Positions 28,352-40,914 of a DNA stretch of 64,000 nt are shown here, piece by piece. Below the pieces are notes generated by a model. The model saw only the letters and a program-made list of their open reading frames with translations, had not been told where the DNA came from and ran no database searches. The translations under genes and the position numbers were made by a program. Source of the DNA: the human T2T-CHM13v2.0 reference genome, Homo sapiens; NCBI RefSeq assembly GCF_009914755.1, contig NC_060925.1; one strand, given 5' to 3'. Within the stretch, counting starts at the first letter, position 1. Every line of letters starts with the position of its first letter.

Positions 28352-28416
28352 AAAAGGACATCAAATTCAAGAAGCTAAGCCTGATCTCCTGTAAAAACAT
28401 CATTTCCCTGATGGAC
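28352..28416 (+). CDS. CAPN9: Calpain-9 exon 15: (K)KDIKFKKLSLISCKNIISLMD
   Basis: tttcag acceptor; donor is U12-type GTATCCTT; 65 nt. Confidence 0.94.
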
Positions 28417-28913
28417 GTATCCTTCCAAATATTTGAGCAGAAATAGACATGGATCCTGGGCTTTAAGCACAGTAGAGTAATCTTCAATAGTGCAGACTCT
28501 CCAAGAACATGACATCCTTAGCCAGCAGAATAGTCTTCTTCACAGAAAATAACCCAAAGCTGGGGGACCCCCATGCTGAAATTGGATCAGAATCAAGATG
28601 CACAAGACTGCCCAGTGGTGGGGGTGGGGAGCTTTTGAAGGGACTTGGGGGTCTTCTTGCCACTTTGGGATCCCATCCAAGGGAACAGAGTTCTGTTTTT
28701 GTGAACTTTCCGGGACCACCCCCATTCCACTTCTGCCGTTTCCCCTCTTCAGAGATTTGTGGTTTAATCATTAAAACCACTTCCCCAGGGCCCCAAACCT
28801 GTGCACCCAGGCCAGCCCATCGGCCCTCCCCCTCTGCAGTCCCAGAGCTGAGGTCCCACGAGGAGCCTCAGGTTGAAACACTGCTCATGTCTCCCTTAAC
28901 CCACATGGCACAG
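28417..28913 (+). other. CAPN9: U12-type (minor spliceosome) GT-AG intron of CAPN9
   Basis: 5'ss GTATCCTTCC; branch CCTTAAC at 28894-28900, 13 nt before the intron end; no polypyrimidine tract. Confidence 0.93.
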
Positions 28914-28982
28914 ACCAGCGGCAATGGGAAGCTGGAGTTTGATGAATTCAAAGTGTTCTGGGACAAGCTGAAGCAGTGGATT
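28914..28982 (+). CDS. CAPN9: Calpain-9 exon 16: TSGNGKLEFDEFKVFWDKLKQWI (EF-2)
   Basis: U12 branch site then cacag acceptor, ATT|gtatgt donor; 69 nt; EF-hand loop DTSGNGKLEFDE. Confidence 0.95.
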
Positions 28983-29337
28983 GTATGTAACCTGGAGCAG
29001 GGCTTGGCCTCTGGGGGACCCAGTGAACCTAGAGCAGAGGGGATTTAAAATGGTGCAGCAGGCTGCAGGCTATAGGCTAGAGGAATTGTATTTGGACAGG
29101 GGAGAAGGGAAAACAGCATCATGCTATTCCGATGCTTACGGGAGTACCACCGTGCTTCCACCCAAGACGAAAAGGAAGACAAAAGGGAGACCGACTTCTT
29201 TTGGAAGGCCCAGTCCAACTGTGGCCTCTGCGGCCCCTAGAGGGTAGCTCCCCCGGGCTGGCTGTCACCCATTTACTGCCATCAGCGATGCCTTTCAGGC
29301 ACGCTCCTTCTCAAGGCTTCTGCTCTCCACCCTTTAG

Positions 29338-29416
29338 AACCTTTTCCTTCGGTTTGATGCTGACAAGTCCGGCACCATGTCTACCTATGAACTACGGACT
29401 GCACTGAAAGCTGCAG
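29338..29416 (+). CDS. CAPN9: Calpain-9 exon 17: NLFLRFDADKSGTMSTYELRTALKAA(G) (EF-3)
   Basis: ctttag acceptor, CAG|gtaaag donor; 79 nt; EF loop DADKSGTMSTYE. Confidence 0.96.
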
Positions 29417-30689
29417 GTAAAGAAAAGACTGGAGTACAGGTGGCTGACTGCATGCCAGGTACTGCCTGTGGGCAACCTGAGCAGATGGCAGGTCTTCTCT
29501 CTGCTGCCCAGGAGGTGGGCCTCTGAGCCCAGTTGGTGATTCTTAAGGTCACGGCCCTTGGAGTGGTGGCACCAGGGTTCAGACCCAGGACTCACTTCCT
29601 GACACCAGGGCCCTCATTTTAAACCACTGTGAACATTGGTAGAAACTTTTTAAATGTATCTGCTAAAAATGAACTTGGCCTGCCCTCTGGAGGCCTCATA
29701 GCCTCTGACCATGTTTTCTGGCCCAGTACTTAACACATGGCTCTTTGGTGGCAAGCTGCAGTGATTCCAAACTTCTCATTTCTGCTCTCAGATGGTTGTT
29801 ATCGTGGATGAGACAGAGCATGCAGCACCCATGGTTTGGGGTCCGCACGTCCCTCTGCCACCTGTGGCCCTGTCCCGGGTTTTATCAGCATCAGACTCTG
29901 AATCCAAAATGGATGACTGCATCATAGTTTATACCCTGCTCCCTTACCCAAAGGCTGGGCTCCAGGTGGCATTTCCCACTCTTGTCCGGTGCTGGATGGC
30001 TGTCGGCATCTCTGTGGTCCCATGTCCTGCACACACAACCGTAGTTTCCACAAGCGCTCTGCAGACCTCCCGCCTGCCGGGCTGCCTGCGCTTCTCACCA
30101 AGCACACCTCACAGATAGGGGCCTCCTGAACCTTTTAAAGTGGTTCTCTCCCAGGGAAAGCAAAATCTGGAAACATGTCCAGGCTCAGGCCTGATAAAAG
30201 GATGAAGTATACACAGCCAGGACCATCTCGGGTCCTATGTGAGGGAGAAGAAAATCAGATGATTTATAAATGAGCAAAGTGCCAGGCTGAGAAGGGGCGC
30301 CTGATTTTCTTAGGGGATGATGACTCTGTTTCCATGGTAGGAGGAGGAACTGAGCAGGGGACAAAGGGAGCACTCAGAGAGGAGGGGCATGGCTGTGTCT
30401 TTCCTACCCTGACGTGGTGTGGGGAGAATCGCCCCTCATCCCCCTCCTCTAGCCCCAAACATCAGGATTCTGGCCAAGGCTGGCAGCCAGCACTGCCGTG
30501 CAGGCTCCAGAGACTCTGTGCTCTGTGTCTGACCTGCCTGCTCCTCTGCTGGAATTAGGAAGAAGCAGAAAGACCCTGGGTGGATTTCTGAACAATCCTG
30601 TGAACACCTCCTAGAAAGTGAACATGTAGACAAAAATGAAAGGGGGAAAGAAATCACTTCTAAGGGCACTAATTAGAAATCAAAGCACT

Positions 30690-30980
30690 GGCCAGGTGTG
30701 GTGGCTCACACCTGTAATGCTAGCACTTTGGGAGGCCTAGGTGGGTGGATCATGAGGTCAGGAGTTTGAGATCAGCCTGGCCAACATGATGAAACCCCGC
30801 CTCTACTAAAAATACAAAATTAACCAGTTGTGGTGGCAGGTGCCTGTAGTCCCAGCTACTCAGGAGGCTGCAGCAGAAGAATCACTTGAAATCAGAAGGC
30901 AGAAGTTGCACTGAGCCGAGATTGCACCACTGCACTCCAGCCTGGGCAACAAGAGTGAAACTCCATCTCAAAAAAAAAAA
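30690..30980 (+). mobile_element. Alu (AluS-like)
   Basis: Dimeric Alu and poly-A. Confidence 0.95.
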
Positions 30981-31650
30981 TCTAAATATCAAATCCAGAA
31001 GGAAGTTCACTTTGTCTAAACTCCTCATTTGACAATGAGGAAACCAAAGCCCAGAGAACTGAACCCATATGCCACGGCTGGAGCAGTGCCAGGGCTCAGA
31101 TCCAAGCCTCCTGGCTATAGCCTGTCATTCTTCCCCCATCGTGGATGTGTAGGAATGGGCCCTGGCAGAGTATCATTCTCCGTGGGCAGCAGCATCCCCT
31201 CCAAGAAACTTTCTAGGGCCACAGCTGGAAGTGACCTGAGACATAGAACGCGAGGGGAGGCTGGTGTAGGAATGAACTTGGGGCTCAGACACCACCCAGT
31301 GTTAAGTTCCCCCAAACAAAGCTTCCTGTAAAGTCAGCGAGACTCTATGGGTGATGTTAGCATCAAAATTAAGATCACAAACTCGCTAAACTCAGAAGCC
31401 ATTAAACACAGAAAGCACGCCTGAGAGTCCCCCGCACACTCGCCCCTGCACCACAGATTCACACTCTCACGCTGCATTCACACCAAGGGCAGCAGTCCCA
31501 CTGGGTCTGGGGACCCCAGCTTTGAGGAGTGAAACAGTGGCTTCCTCTTCTGAGCCCTCTCCTCAGCTGCCTGGGAGCTCCCTCAAAGGTGCAGACTCAC
31601 CTCGGGGCTCGGATACAGCGAGTCCTGGGTCTCCTCCTTTGTCCCCACAG

Positions 31651-31767
31651 GCTTTCAGCTGAGCAGCCACCTCCTGCAGCTGATTGTGCTCAGGTATGCG
31701 GATGAGGAGCTCCAGCTGGACTTCGATGACTTCCTCAACTGCCTGGTCCGGCTGGAGAATGCGAGCC
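31651..31767 (+). CDS. CAPN9: Calpain-9 exon 18: FQLSSHLLQLIVLRYADEELQLDFDDFLNCLVRLENAS (EF-4)
   Basis: ccacag acceptor, GCC|gtaagt donor; 117 nt; RYAD..LDFDDF..CLVRLE motif. Confidence 0.97.
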
Positions 31768-32538
31768 GTAAGTGTCCAGCGAGGCTGAGGGTGCACCTCG
31801 GGGTGGCATCTTCAGTCACCCTCCATGAGCGCATGAGAAACAGCCTGGTTAAAGTAATGGCAAAGATAGACCACAGAGAGCCATGGTCTGATGTGTGTGG
31901 ACCCATGGGCCTGTGCGGTTAGCTAAGGAGCAGAATGTGCCAGCCTCCCCTGCAGCACGTTTCTTAGCATCGCCTTTCTTTATACATTCACAGTGCCTCT
32001 GTGGGAGGATGATGGGCTGGGGCAGGTTTGTGCCTTGTGTTTGAGGAAAGGTTCAATTGCAGGTCAAATCCCATCATAGCATATAGAAACAGGAGAGTCT
32101 CAGTCCCCCTTCCTCCCCCCTTCCCCGCCCTGTAAGCCCTAGACATTGACCCAGTTATCTCAAATAAGATTTGTTACACCACAAATAGAGAGGGATTATG
32201 TGCCCGTGCGCTTCAGTGTTTGCAGTTTATTGTCATAGCCATCCTGCCCCTCAAAGGTGGTTTTGAAGGTGAGGCTGAGTGAAGCATGTCCAGGGCCTGT
32301 AACTCAGTACTGGAGTGGCTATGAGGACATGCCCTGTGTGCAGGTGCCAAAGGACCCGTGCCCTCAAGGGTGCCTCGTGCTTGGTTTAATGTTCTGGCGT
32401 TTCCATCTTGAAAGTCTTCACAACTTAGGAGCAGGGGGCCCCGCATTTCCATTTTGTCCTGCTTGGTATTTTCTAATCTATGTTCCATAGGCCACTTCGA
32501 GGTATGAATACTTGATTAAAAAAAAAAAAAAGGCAGGG

Positions 32539-32818
32539 GGCTGGGCACAGTGGCTCACGCCTGTAATCCCAGCACTTTGGGAGGTTGAGGCAGTTGGATC
32601 GTGAGGTCAGGAGCTCGAGACCAGCTCATAGCGAAACTTTGTCTCTACTAAAAATACAAAAAATTAGTCAAATGTGGTGGTATGCACCTGTAATCCCAGC
32701 TACTCGGGAGGCTGAGGCAGGAGAACCCCTTGAACCTGGGAGGTGGAGGTTGCAGTGAGCTGAGATTTGCCACTGCACTCCAGCCTGGGCAACAGTGGGA
32801 GACTCCATCTCAAAAATA

Positions 32819-32862
<44 letters not shown>

Positions 32863-32888
32863 AAAATTAAATTAAATTAAAATAAAAA
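32539..32888 (+). mobile_element. Alu with (AATA)n tail
   Basis: Dimeric Alu. Confidence 0.93.
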
Positions 32889-34649
32889 GGTGAGGGCTGT
32901 GACCCTTGGTTATCAGCATGATAGCTCCCTCTGCTTCTTTGGTAATAGAACACTAATTACTTGCCTGAAGCACAGCCCCTCTAGACTCTAAGCTCCAGGA
33001 GAGCCGTAATTTCTGGACAATCAATGAGTATGTGTTGATTAAGGAATGATGAGAGAAAATCAGAGACAGACCAGCAGGCCCCAAAGGGTCTAGTATATCA
33101 AGCCAGGAAGCCGGCTTTCCCTAAGGGGTTACTGGTAGCTAGTGAGAGGTGCATTCTAGAAAGACCCCTCCTGAAACAGAATCCGTTATTAGACTTACAG
33201 GGTGGTCAGAGCTGACCCTAGAAATAATGAGATTTGCTAGTTTCTCTTCTCTCCATTGCTCTTTCCCTTTCTAAACCACCCAGGTGTAATCCTTCCCAGA
33301 ACGGGGGGTGGGAGTGCCTCAGCTTTTCTTATAGTAGAGGAATATTAGGGTGAAGACCCTTTAGGCTTAACACCATCCACTCTGGCATCCTCACATTAGA
33401 TTTGCCTGGAGAACTTTTAGAATTACCAAGGATGGAGCTTTGCTGCAGTATTATTTTAACTTTTTATTGTAAGAATGTCAACCCTCCAGTTAGATATAAA
33501 GAATCATAATAGGTTCCCATGCACTCCACATCAGCACTTCTCAAACTTCGCTGTACATTACAATCTCCAGGGGTGCCTAAAGAAATGCTGATGACCAGGC
33601 TGCACAGTTGACCAATTCTGTTAGAATCTCAGGGGTGGCACACAGCATTGGGAGTTACGCAAATTCGCCAGGTGTTTCCAGACCTTTACACCCAACCTCA
33701 ACAATTACCATCTTGCTAACTTTTCCCTTGTGCTCCCGCAACACATACATTTTCCCCCTAAATAATTTAATAGCAGATCTCAGAAACTCTGTCCATTCAT
33801 CTGAGTATCTCCAGCTGATAGACTTGTTTTTAGCATCATCTTCATACCGTTTGCACACCTAACGAAATTCTCAGCAAACCCTCAACATTCTCTAGTGCCC
33901 GGTTCATGCCCAAGTCTTCCAGGCCACCTTTTTACAGTTGCTTGGTTGACTCAGGATCCACACAAGACCCAGTCACCATGTTTGGTTGTTGGGTCTCTTC
34001 CATTTCTTGTGTCCAGTGATGGTCCCCCACCCCGCTTTGGGTTGTATTATTAAAGCTACCCGTGAGATTCTCAAGTGAAGCCAGGGCTGATTGGCTCGAC
34101 CTCGTCTTCTGAAGGTGAGGAGGCTGAGGCCCCAAGAGGGCAGTGACTTGCTCAGGTGCACTCAGGTCACTACACCATGCGGTAGACCCAGCCCCCAGCT
34201 CAGTGCTGGCACGCTCTCCTGTGCCACTCTGTCCTCTGGCAGCACCCACGGCACCTTCCTACAAGGGCGAGACTAACAACTTTCAGATTCATGCAAAACT
34301 TTACGTGCGTGTGCTTTTTTTCTGGGGCCTATGGATTTCAAGGGCCCTGTACCCCCCAGAAGGTTAAGATAGGGGCGTTGCTTTGGCTCCAGGAGCTGCT
34401 GGCCGGCTGACTGGCTTAGGTGACCACTGGCTTGCTACAGGACTGGATGCCTCCATCCGTTCAGAGAAGTTCACCTTCAGCCCGCCCTTGATGAGAGTCC
34501 CATCGCCGCCCTTGATGAAAGTCCTTGTTTACCACCAGATGGAGCAGCTTCCCCACAGGCTCCACTGGAAGGCCCTTTGGTCGCTGGGAAACAAACTTGG
34601 TAAAGGAATTGTCTTTAAAAGGATGCCTTTCCCCCTTCTTTCCTATCAG

Positions 34650-34708
34650 GGGTGTTCCAGGCTCTCAGTACAAAGAACAAGGAGTTCATTCATCTCAATA
34701 TAAATGAG
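34650..34708 (+). CDS. CAPN9: Calpain-9 exon 19: (R)VFQALSTKNKEFIHLNINE (EF-5)
   Basis: tatcag acceptor, GAG|gtatgg donor; 59 nt. Confidence 0.94.
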
Positions 34709-34817
34709 GTATGGCCAATCCAGACCCTCTGCTCAGGGACCCAGCTGGGGCCCAGCAGAGTCCACGCTGCATAGATGTTTGCCGAATGCTTGATTTCATG
34801 CAAGGGCTGACATCTAG

Positions 34818-36096
34818 CTGTGGGAGTGATTATAACAAAATAGCTAATATTTTTGAGATACTATTTATCAAGTAATCAATTAAGCCATTACAATAATTCT
34901 GTGAGCTAAGTACCAATAGTATCCCCATTTTGCAGGGTGGAAACTGAGGCATAGAGAGATTAATCACCTTGACTTGAGTGAGTGAGCAGACTCTGCCTTC
35001 TTGTCCTTCTCTTCCTTCTGTCATTTGGGTAACTTAGCCTGCCTGCCTTCCAGCTGCCAGTTTGCTCACTCTCCCTTGCTCATGTTGTCCCGTGGTTCCC
35101 ATGACACTCCCCCAGACTCCAATAAGTACAAAACTGGCCAGTTACCGGGGCCATTGTAGCAATGACGGGGGTGGGAGACCATGGGTCTGAGTGTCAGAGG
35201 TATGGGAGAAGGATTCTAGGGGGTTTCAATCACCCTCTCCCCAGAGGATCCCAGTGGACCCATCTGCTCACAGGGAGGTCCATGGGCCAGCAGCAGCATA
35301 GGCATCACTTAGGAGAGAGCGTTGGAAATGCAGAGTGCCAGGCCCTGCCCCAGACCTGCTGAATGGAAGTCGTCTTTCACAGGACCCCACTGATTCCTGT
35401 GCACATGAAGCTTGGGAACGCTCTTGAGACATTCTCCTGCCCAAAGGCAGAGGGGAAACTGTGGAGCAGTTTCCTTCAATGGTTCTGTAATTTTTATCTC
35501 CCTTTTCCTTCTTTCCCTCCCTGTATCTTTCTTTCCAGGTCTGCTTTCTCTTCTACCTAACAACTCTGAAGCCAGGCAGCCTGTGGCTCCTCCCCAGTCT
35601 CTGGAGTTTCTCCTCTCCACCAATTTCCATACTCACAGTCACAGCCAGCTCATTTCCAAATTCATTAGTAACTTTGGGTTTGGATAACATTTAATTGAAT
35701 ATTTCAAGATGAAGAGGTTGATGACAGTATGTGTTTTAGAGGATTGTACCTCCTCCCCTCTTTTGTGCTCTGATTTCGATTAAGCAGGCTGCTCGGTGCC
35801 TCAGTTTAACCATTTACAGAAAGAGACATAGGCCTTAATATTACACCCAAAGCTTTGCTTTATAATAATATCATATAATTTGGCAATTATGTTGACTCAC
35901 CACTAATTTTCTCAAGTGTGTATCTCAGATCCCTGGACGCATTATTATTTCATTGAGCCAATTACGTATTATTACGGTGAGCCAAATGGGGATACTATTG
36001 GTACTTAGCTCACAGAATTATTGTAATGGCTTAATTGATTACTTCATAAATAGTATCTCAAAAATATTAGCTATTTTGTTATAATCACTCCCACAG
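34818..36096. repeat. 113-bp inverted repeat (arms 34818-34930 and 35984-36096) with a 1053-bp spacer
   Basis: Manual reverse-complement alignment gives 112/113 identity. Confidence 0.95.
34835..34975 (-). mobile_element. MIR remnant overlapping the left arm of the inverted repeat
   Basis: ATCCCCATTTTGCAGGGTGGAAACTGAGGCATAGAGAGATTAA resembles the MIR core. Confidence 0.75.
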
Positions 36097-36178
36097 AAAC
36101 TAGGCATTTTTCTTCTCTAGTTTTGTCTTTCAACTTCAGCATGTAGGACACATGTAATAACTATACCTCCTTTGATCA

Positions 36179-36776
<598 letters not shown>

Positions 36777-38032
36777 AAGAGAGACCCCTAGGTCCACCTT
36801 TATTTATCATTTACTTTAAGGTAAATGATAAGTAATGTCACTAAAAAACATGAGGAAGTGTGATGGCTGCCCCTGGTCCATGGTGGAAGGAGACAGTGGG
36901 AAGGTTTGTTACTCAGCGGCCCCCTGGCTAGTCAAAGGCTCCAGAGCACCAGCAGTGTGGAGGAAGTATTCCAGTGCTGCAGCTTCAAGGTAGAAGTGTG
37001 GACACCTCTAACGCAAGTGTCCACAGGTGTAGGGGCTGGAATAGGCTCCTGCCCTGCCCCATATCATCACCCTGCAGTACAACAGTGAAAACCATTGCAT
37101 TCTCTCCCTCTAAACCTACCATCTTTACATCTGGCTGCATGTTAGCATCACCTGGGGAGATTTAAAAATCCTGATACCCCAGCCACTCCCTAGATCAATT
37201 AAATCTGAATCTCTGGAGGTGAGGCCCAAGCATTGTTTTTCTTTAATCCCCTTGGTGAGTCCAGTGTGCAGCCAGGTCTGAAGTATCCATGTTTTAAAGT
37301 CCCTCTCCTTTTCCCCTGACCCATCCTAGGAAGCAACAGGAGATTTTCCTGGCTGAGTTGGCCTCACCTGCAATCACTTTCCTAAAAAGGCCTGTGCACC
37401 TTTCATTACAGTAGCTCTCATACTATATACACTGTGCCCAGGAAGGAGGACAGAGAAGGGAGAAAAAAACCATCTCATATAATCACGTTGCCCCAAGTCA
37501 CCATGCTGTAATAAACAAGCTGTTGGGAAGGAGGAGGCAGGGTGGACTCGGGAGAGAAAATGAGGAGGAATTCCATGCTACTTCTCCTTCAGCTCACTTG
37601 TAACACCCCCCAGCTATGGAACCTGCTTCCACTTCCTGCAGCCCCTCCAGGGTGGAGGGCCACCTCTCTCCCAAAGGTGAGAGGACCCCTCATCAACAAG
37701 GAAAAGTCACTTAATACTGCCCTGCCCAAGATGCTTCAGCGAGGCTGTCCTCTTAACAGGGAGAAAGCACATTTTCCCGTCTCTGTCTTACCAACTGTGC
37801 TTGATATGAGCTCACTTGGAAAGGACTCAGGTCCTCCAGAAAATGTCAAGTGCTGAGAATTCATTTATTTTCTTTAAATGGTTTCCTGCTGAGACAGACA
37901 TCCAAGTTGGCAGGCAAAATGATCAAATAGCAGATCTCCTGTGATATCAGCAAACTGGGGCCACTCCTGAGGCTGAGGCTGGAAGGGACATGGAAGGACA
38001 ACGACCCCTCATCTCTCTCTCTCTCTTCCCAG

Positions 38033-38059
38033 TTCATCCATTTGACAATGAACATCTGA
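38033..38059 (+). CDS. CAPN9: Calpain-9 last coding exon: FIHLTMNI-stop (TGA 38057-38059)
   Basis: (CT)n tract + cccag acceptor; in frame; matches recalled CAPN9 C-terminus. Confidence 0.94.
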   Translation, partial: FIHLTMNI

Positions 38060-38470
38060 GGCTGCCTTGTAGAGATGCAGCCTGCCCAGCTGAATCTTGG
38101 CTTCTGGACCTTGACCTTCAGAACTTCTCTTGGTGTGGAACCATTACGCCCAGGGTTCACTCCCCTCTCATCGTCCGGCCTTCTCCCTTCATCTTGATCT
38201 GGGAAGAATGAAATGAACTCAGCTACACTCTCTGATTTTGTGCTACTCCTTTGTAAAGTCACTGCCTTAAGGGGGCTGATGGCGCCACCTGTGCCTTACA
38301 TCCAGGTTCAGGCATCACTAGCTTTCCCACACTCTACTTTCCTTATTTCCTTCCATTAAGAATTACTCAGAGTTCTAACGCACAGAATCCTGACTTCCAT
38401 GTAGCTCCAGTCATTGTGATCAGACATCCTTTATAAAACATGTTTTTATAAATGTGTATGTGGAATAAGA
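38060..38470 (+). other. CAPN9: CAPN9 3' UTR (end approximate)
   Basis: Follows the stop codon; no AATAAA seen, two TATAAA variant hexamers at 38432 and 38447. Confidence 0.6.
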
Positions 38471-38980
38471 TGAGGAGGAAAAGGAGTGAGGTCATAATTT
38501 AGCATTTCTGCATCATAAGTGTGCTTCCTTATCAGGGAAGACATCAGGTAGTTCCGATAATTGGACAAGAGTGGATCTCCGATAAGAGTGGATCAAGGTG
38601 ACAATCTCTACCTCCTCCTACGAGAGGTGGTAACTAAAACAGTCACTATCCAGTCCAGACATTCTTTGTGTCTGAAGACTTTGGGTCAGAAAAGCTGAAT
38701 GATATTATTTCTTCTCAAGGAGTCCAGATTCTGGTGAGGTTTGATCTTACTCATCCCCAACATGATGGGGGAAAACAGACCCGAGAATCCTCATTATAGC
38801 TCACTAGTGCTGAACAGGAGTATCCACTGAACTAGAATAATGGGAGGTAACATGAGAAGATACTGGCTCAATACATGCCAAGCCCCACATTCTTACTGGT
38901 ACACTTGTGGCAGATGAGGTGGAGGATGGGAGCGGGAGATACCGAGAGGGAAAGAGGGAGAATGGCTGGGATGAAGATCA

Positions 38981-39256
<276 letters not shown>

Positions 39257-40371
39257 GAAGTGGAGCTTCATCAGAACCCTGTCCCTGATCGTGGCCAAGG
39301 TACCATGATCTTCTCCTTTACCTTCCAGCCCTTCCCTGGGTTCACGCAGCAGTGGATGCAGGACAAGAGCCCTCTCTCAGGAGCAGGCTTAGGACCAAGG
39401 CTCTGTGCTGGGGCACGCCAGTACAACCCCAGACATGCCATCTCCTGTGCTCGGCCTGTGCCCACTCTCATCGATGCACACTGCTGCCATATTGTTTGTT
39501 AGATGTCGTGAACACTAGCCCTGCTCACAGGTAAAACTTGGAAGGGGACTCACCATATGAGCTTCTTTGTCTAGTGTCACTCCCACAGGGTGCCTTTAGG
39601 CCTTTATGTCCAGGAGCACATAACTGTCTCTCACTGATTTTTCCTCTGCTTGAAAGGTACCCAGGAAATGAAGTTTATGAACTGGGCGTCCTGTTTTCTT
39701 TCCATCCATATGTCCCTGGGAAAGTTATTAAACTCTCTGAGACTTAGTTTCCTCCACTCACAAGGATGGTAATTTCTGCCTCACTGAGATCTTATGATGA
39801 ATAAATGAAATTGTAAGTAGAAGGTGCCAGGCACAGTACTTGACACATAACAGGCCCTCAGTGCAACTAAGGCCCACTGTTGTGAACCAGTGTTTTCTTA
39901 AATGTCTAAAAGAGTTACATACTATCACATGCTTTCGGTTTACCTCTGTTCTTCATTGCAAGAATCCAAGAATTATAGAACCAGTCTTGAAGGAGAGTTC
40001 AATAGAGCTCTACAGACTATTATATGATCATGAGTTGAGAACAAAAAAAAGTGTATGAATTTAGCTTCTATTTGTTTCTGAATTACATGGTCTGATACTG
40101 ACACCCAGAAACAAAGGAAGATGTTTCACATGCATGAGTTTGATTAACTATAATTAAAGTGATTTTGTAGCTTATAATTCAAACCAACAGCTTTTGAGTG
40201 TGAAAGGAATAATATTAGTTATTACACCAGGACAATAGATGTAAACTGGAGCTGTCCTAGGAAAATTGCGATTTATGGCCATTCACATTATGTCTATCAC
40301 CACCTGCATAATATATGCTTTAGGTCTTGGCACCAAAATATTCGTGCCCTACTACCTTTAAATTAAACAGT

Positions 40372-40860
<489 letters not shown>

Positions 40861-40914
40861 TTAATTAATTAAACAATAGTATACACGAGCTATCTAACGC
40901 TACTGCTTCACACC

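Noticed and set aside
34482-34524. TGATGA...GAAA resembling a hammerhead core or snoRNA C box
   Set aside because: Reads CTTGATGA rather than CTGATGA, with no supporting stems or D-box terminal stem; explained by a small duplication
38276-38297. CTCF-like AGGTGGCGC on the minus strand in the 3' UTR
   Set aside because: The 5' half of the motif does not match; not supportable without ChIP data
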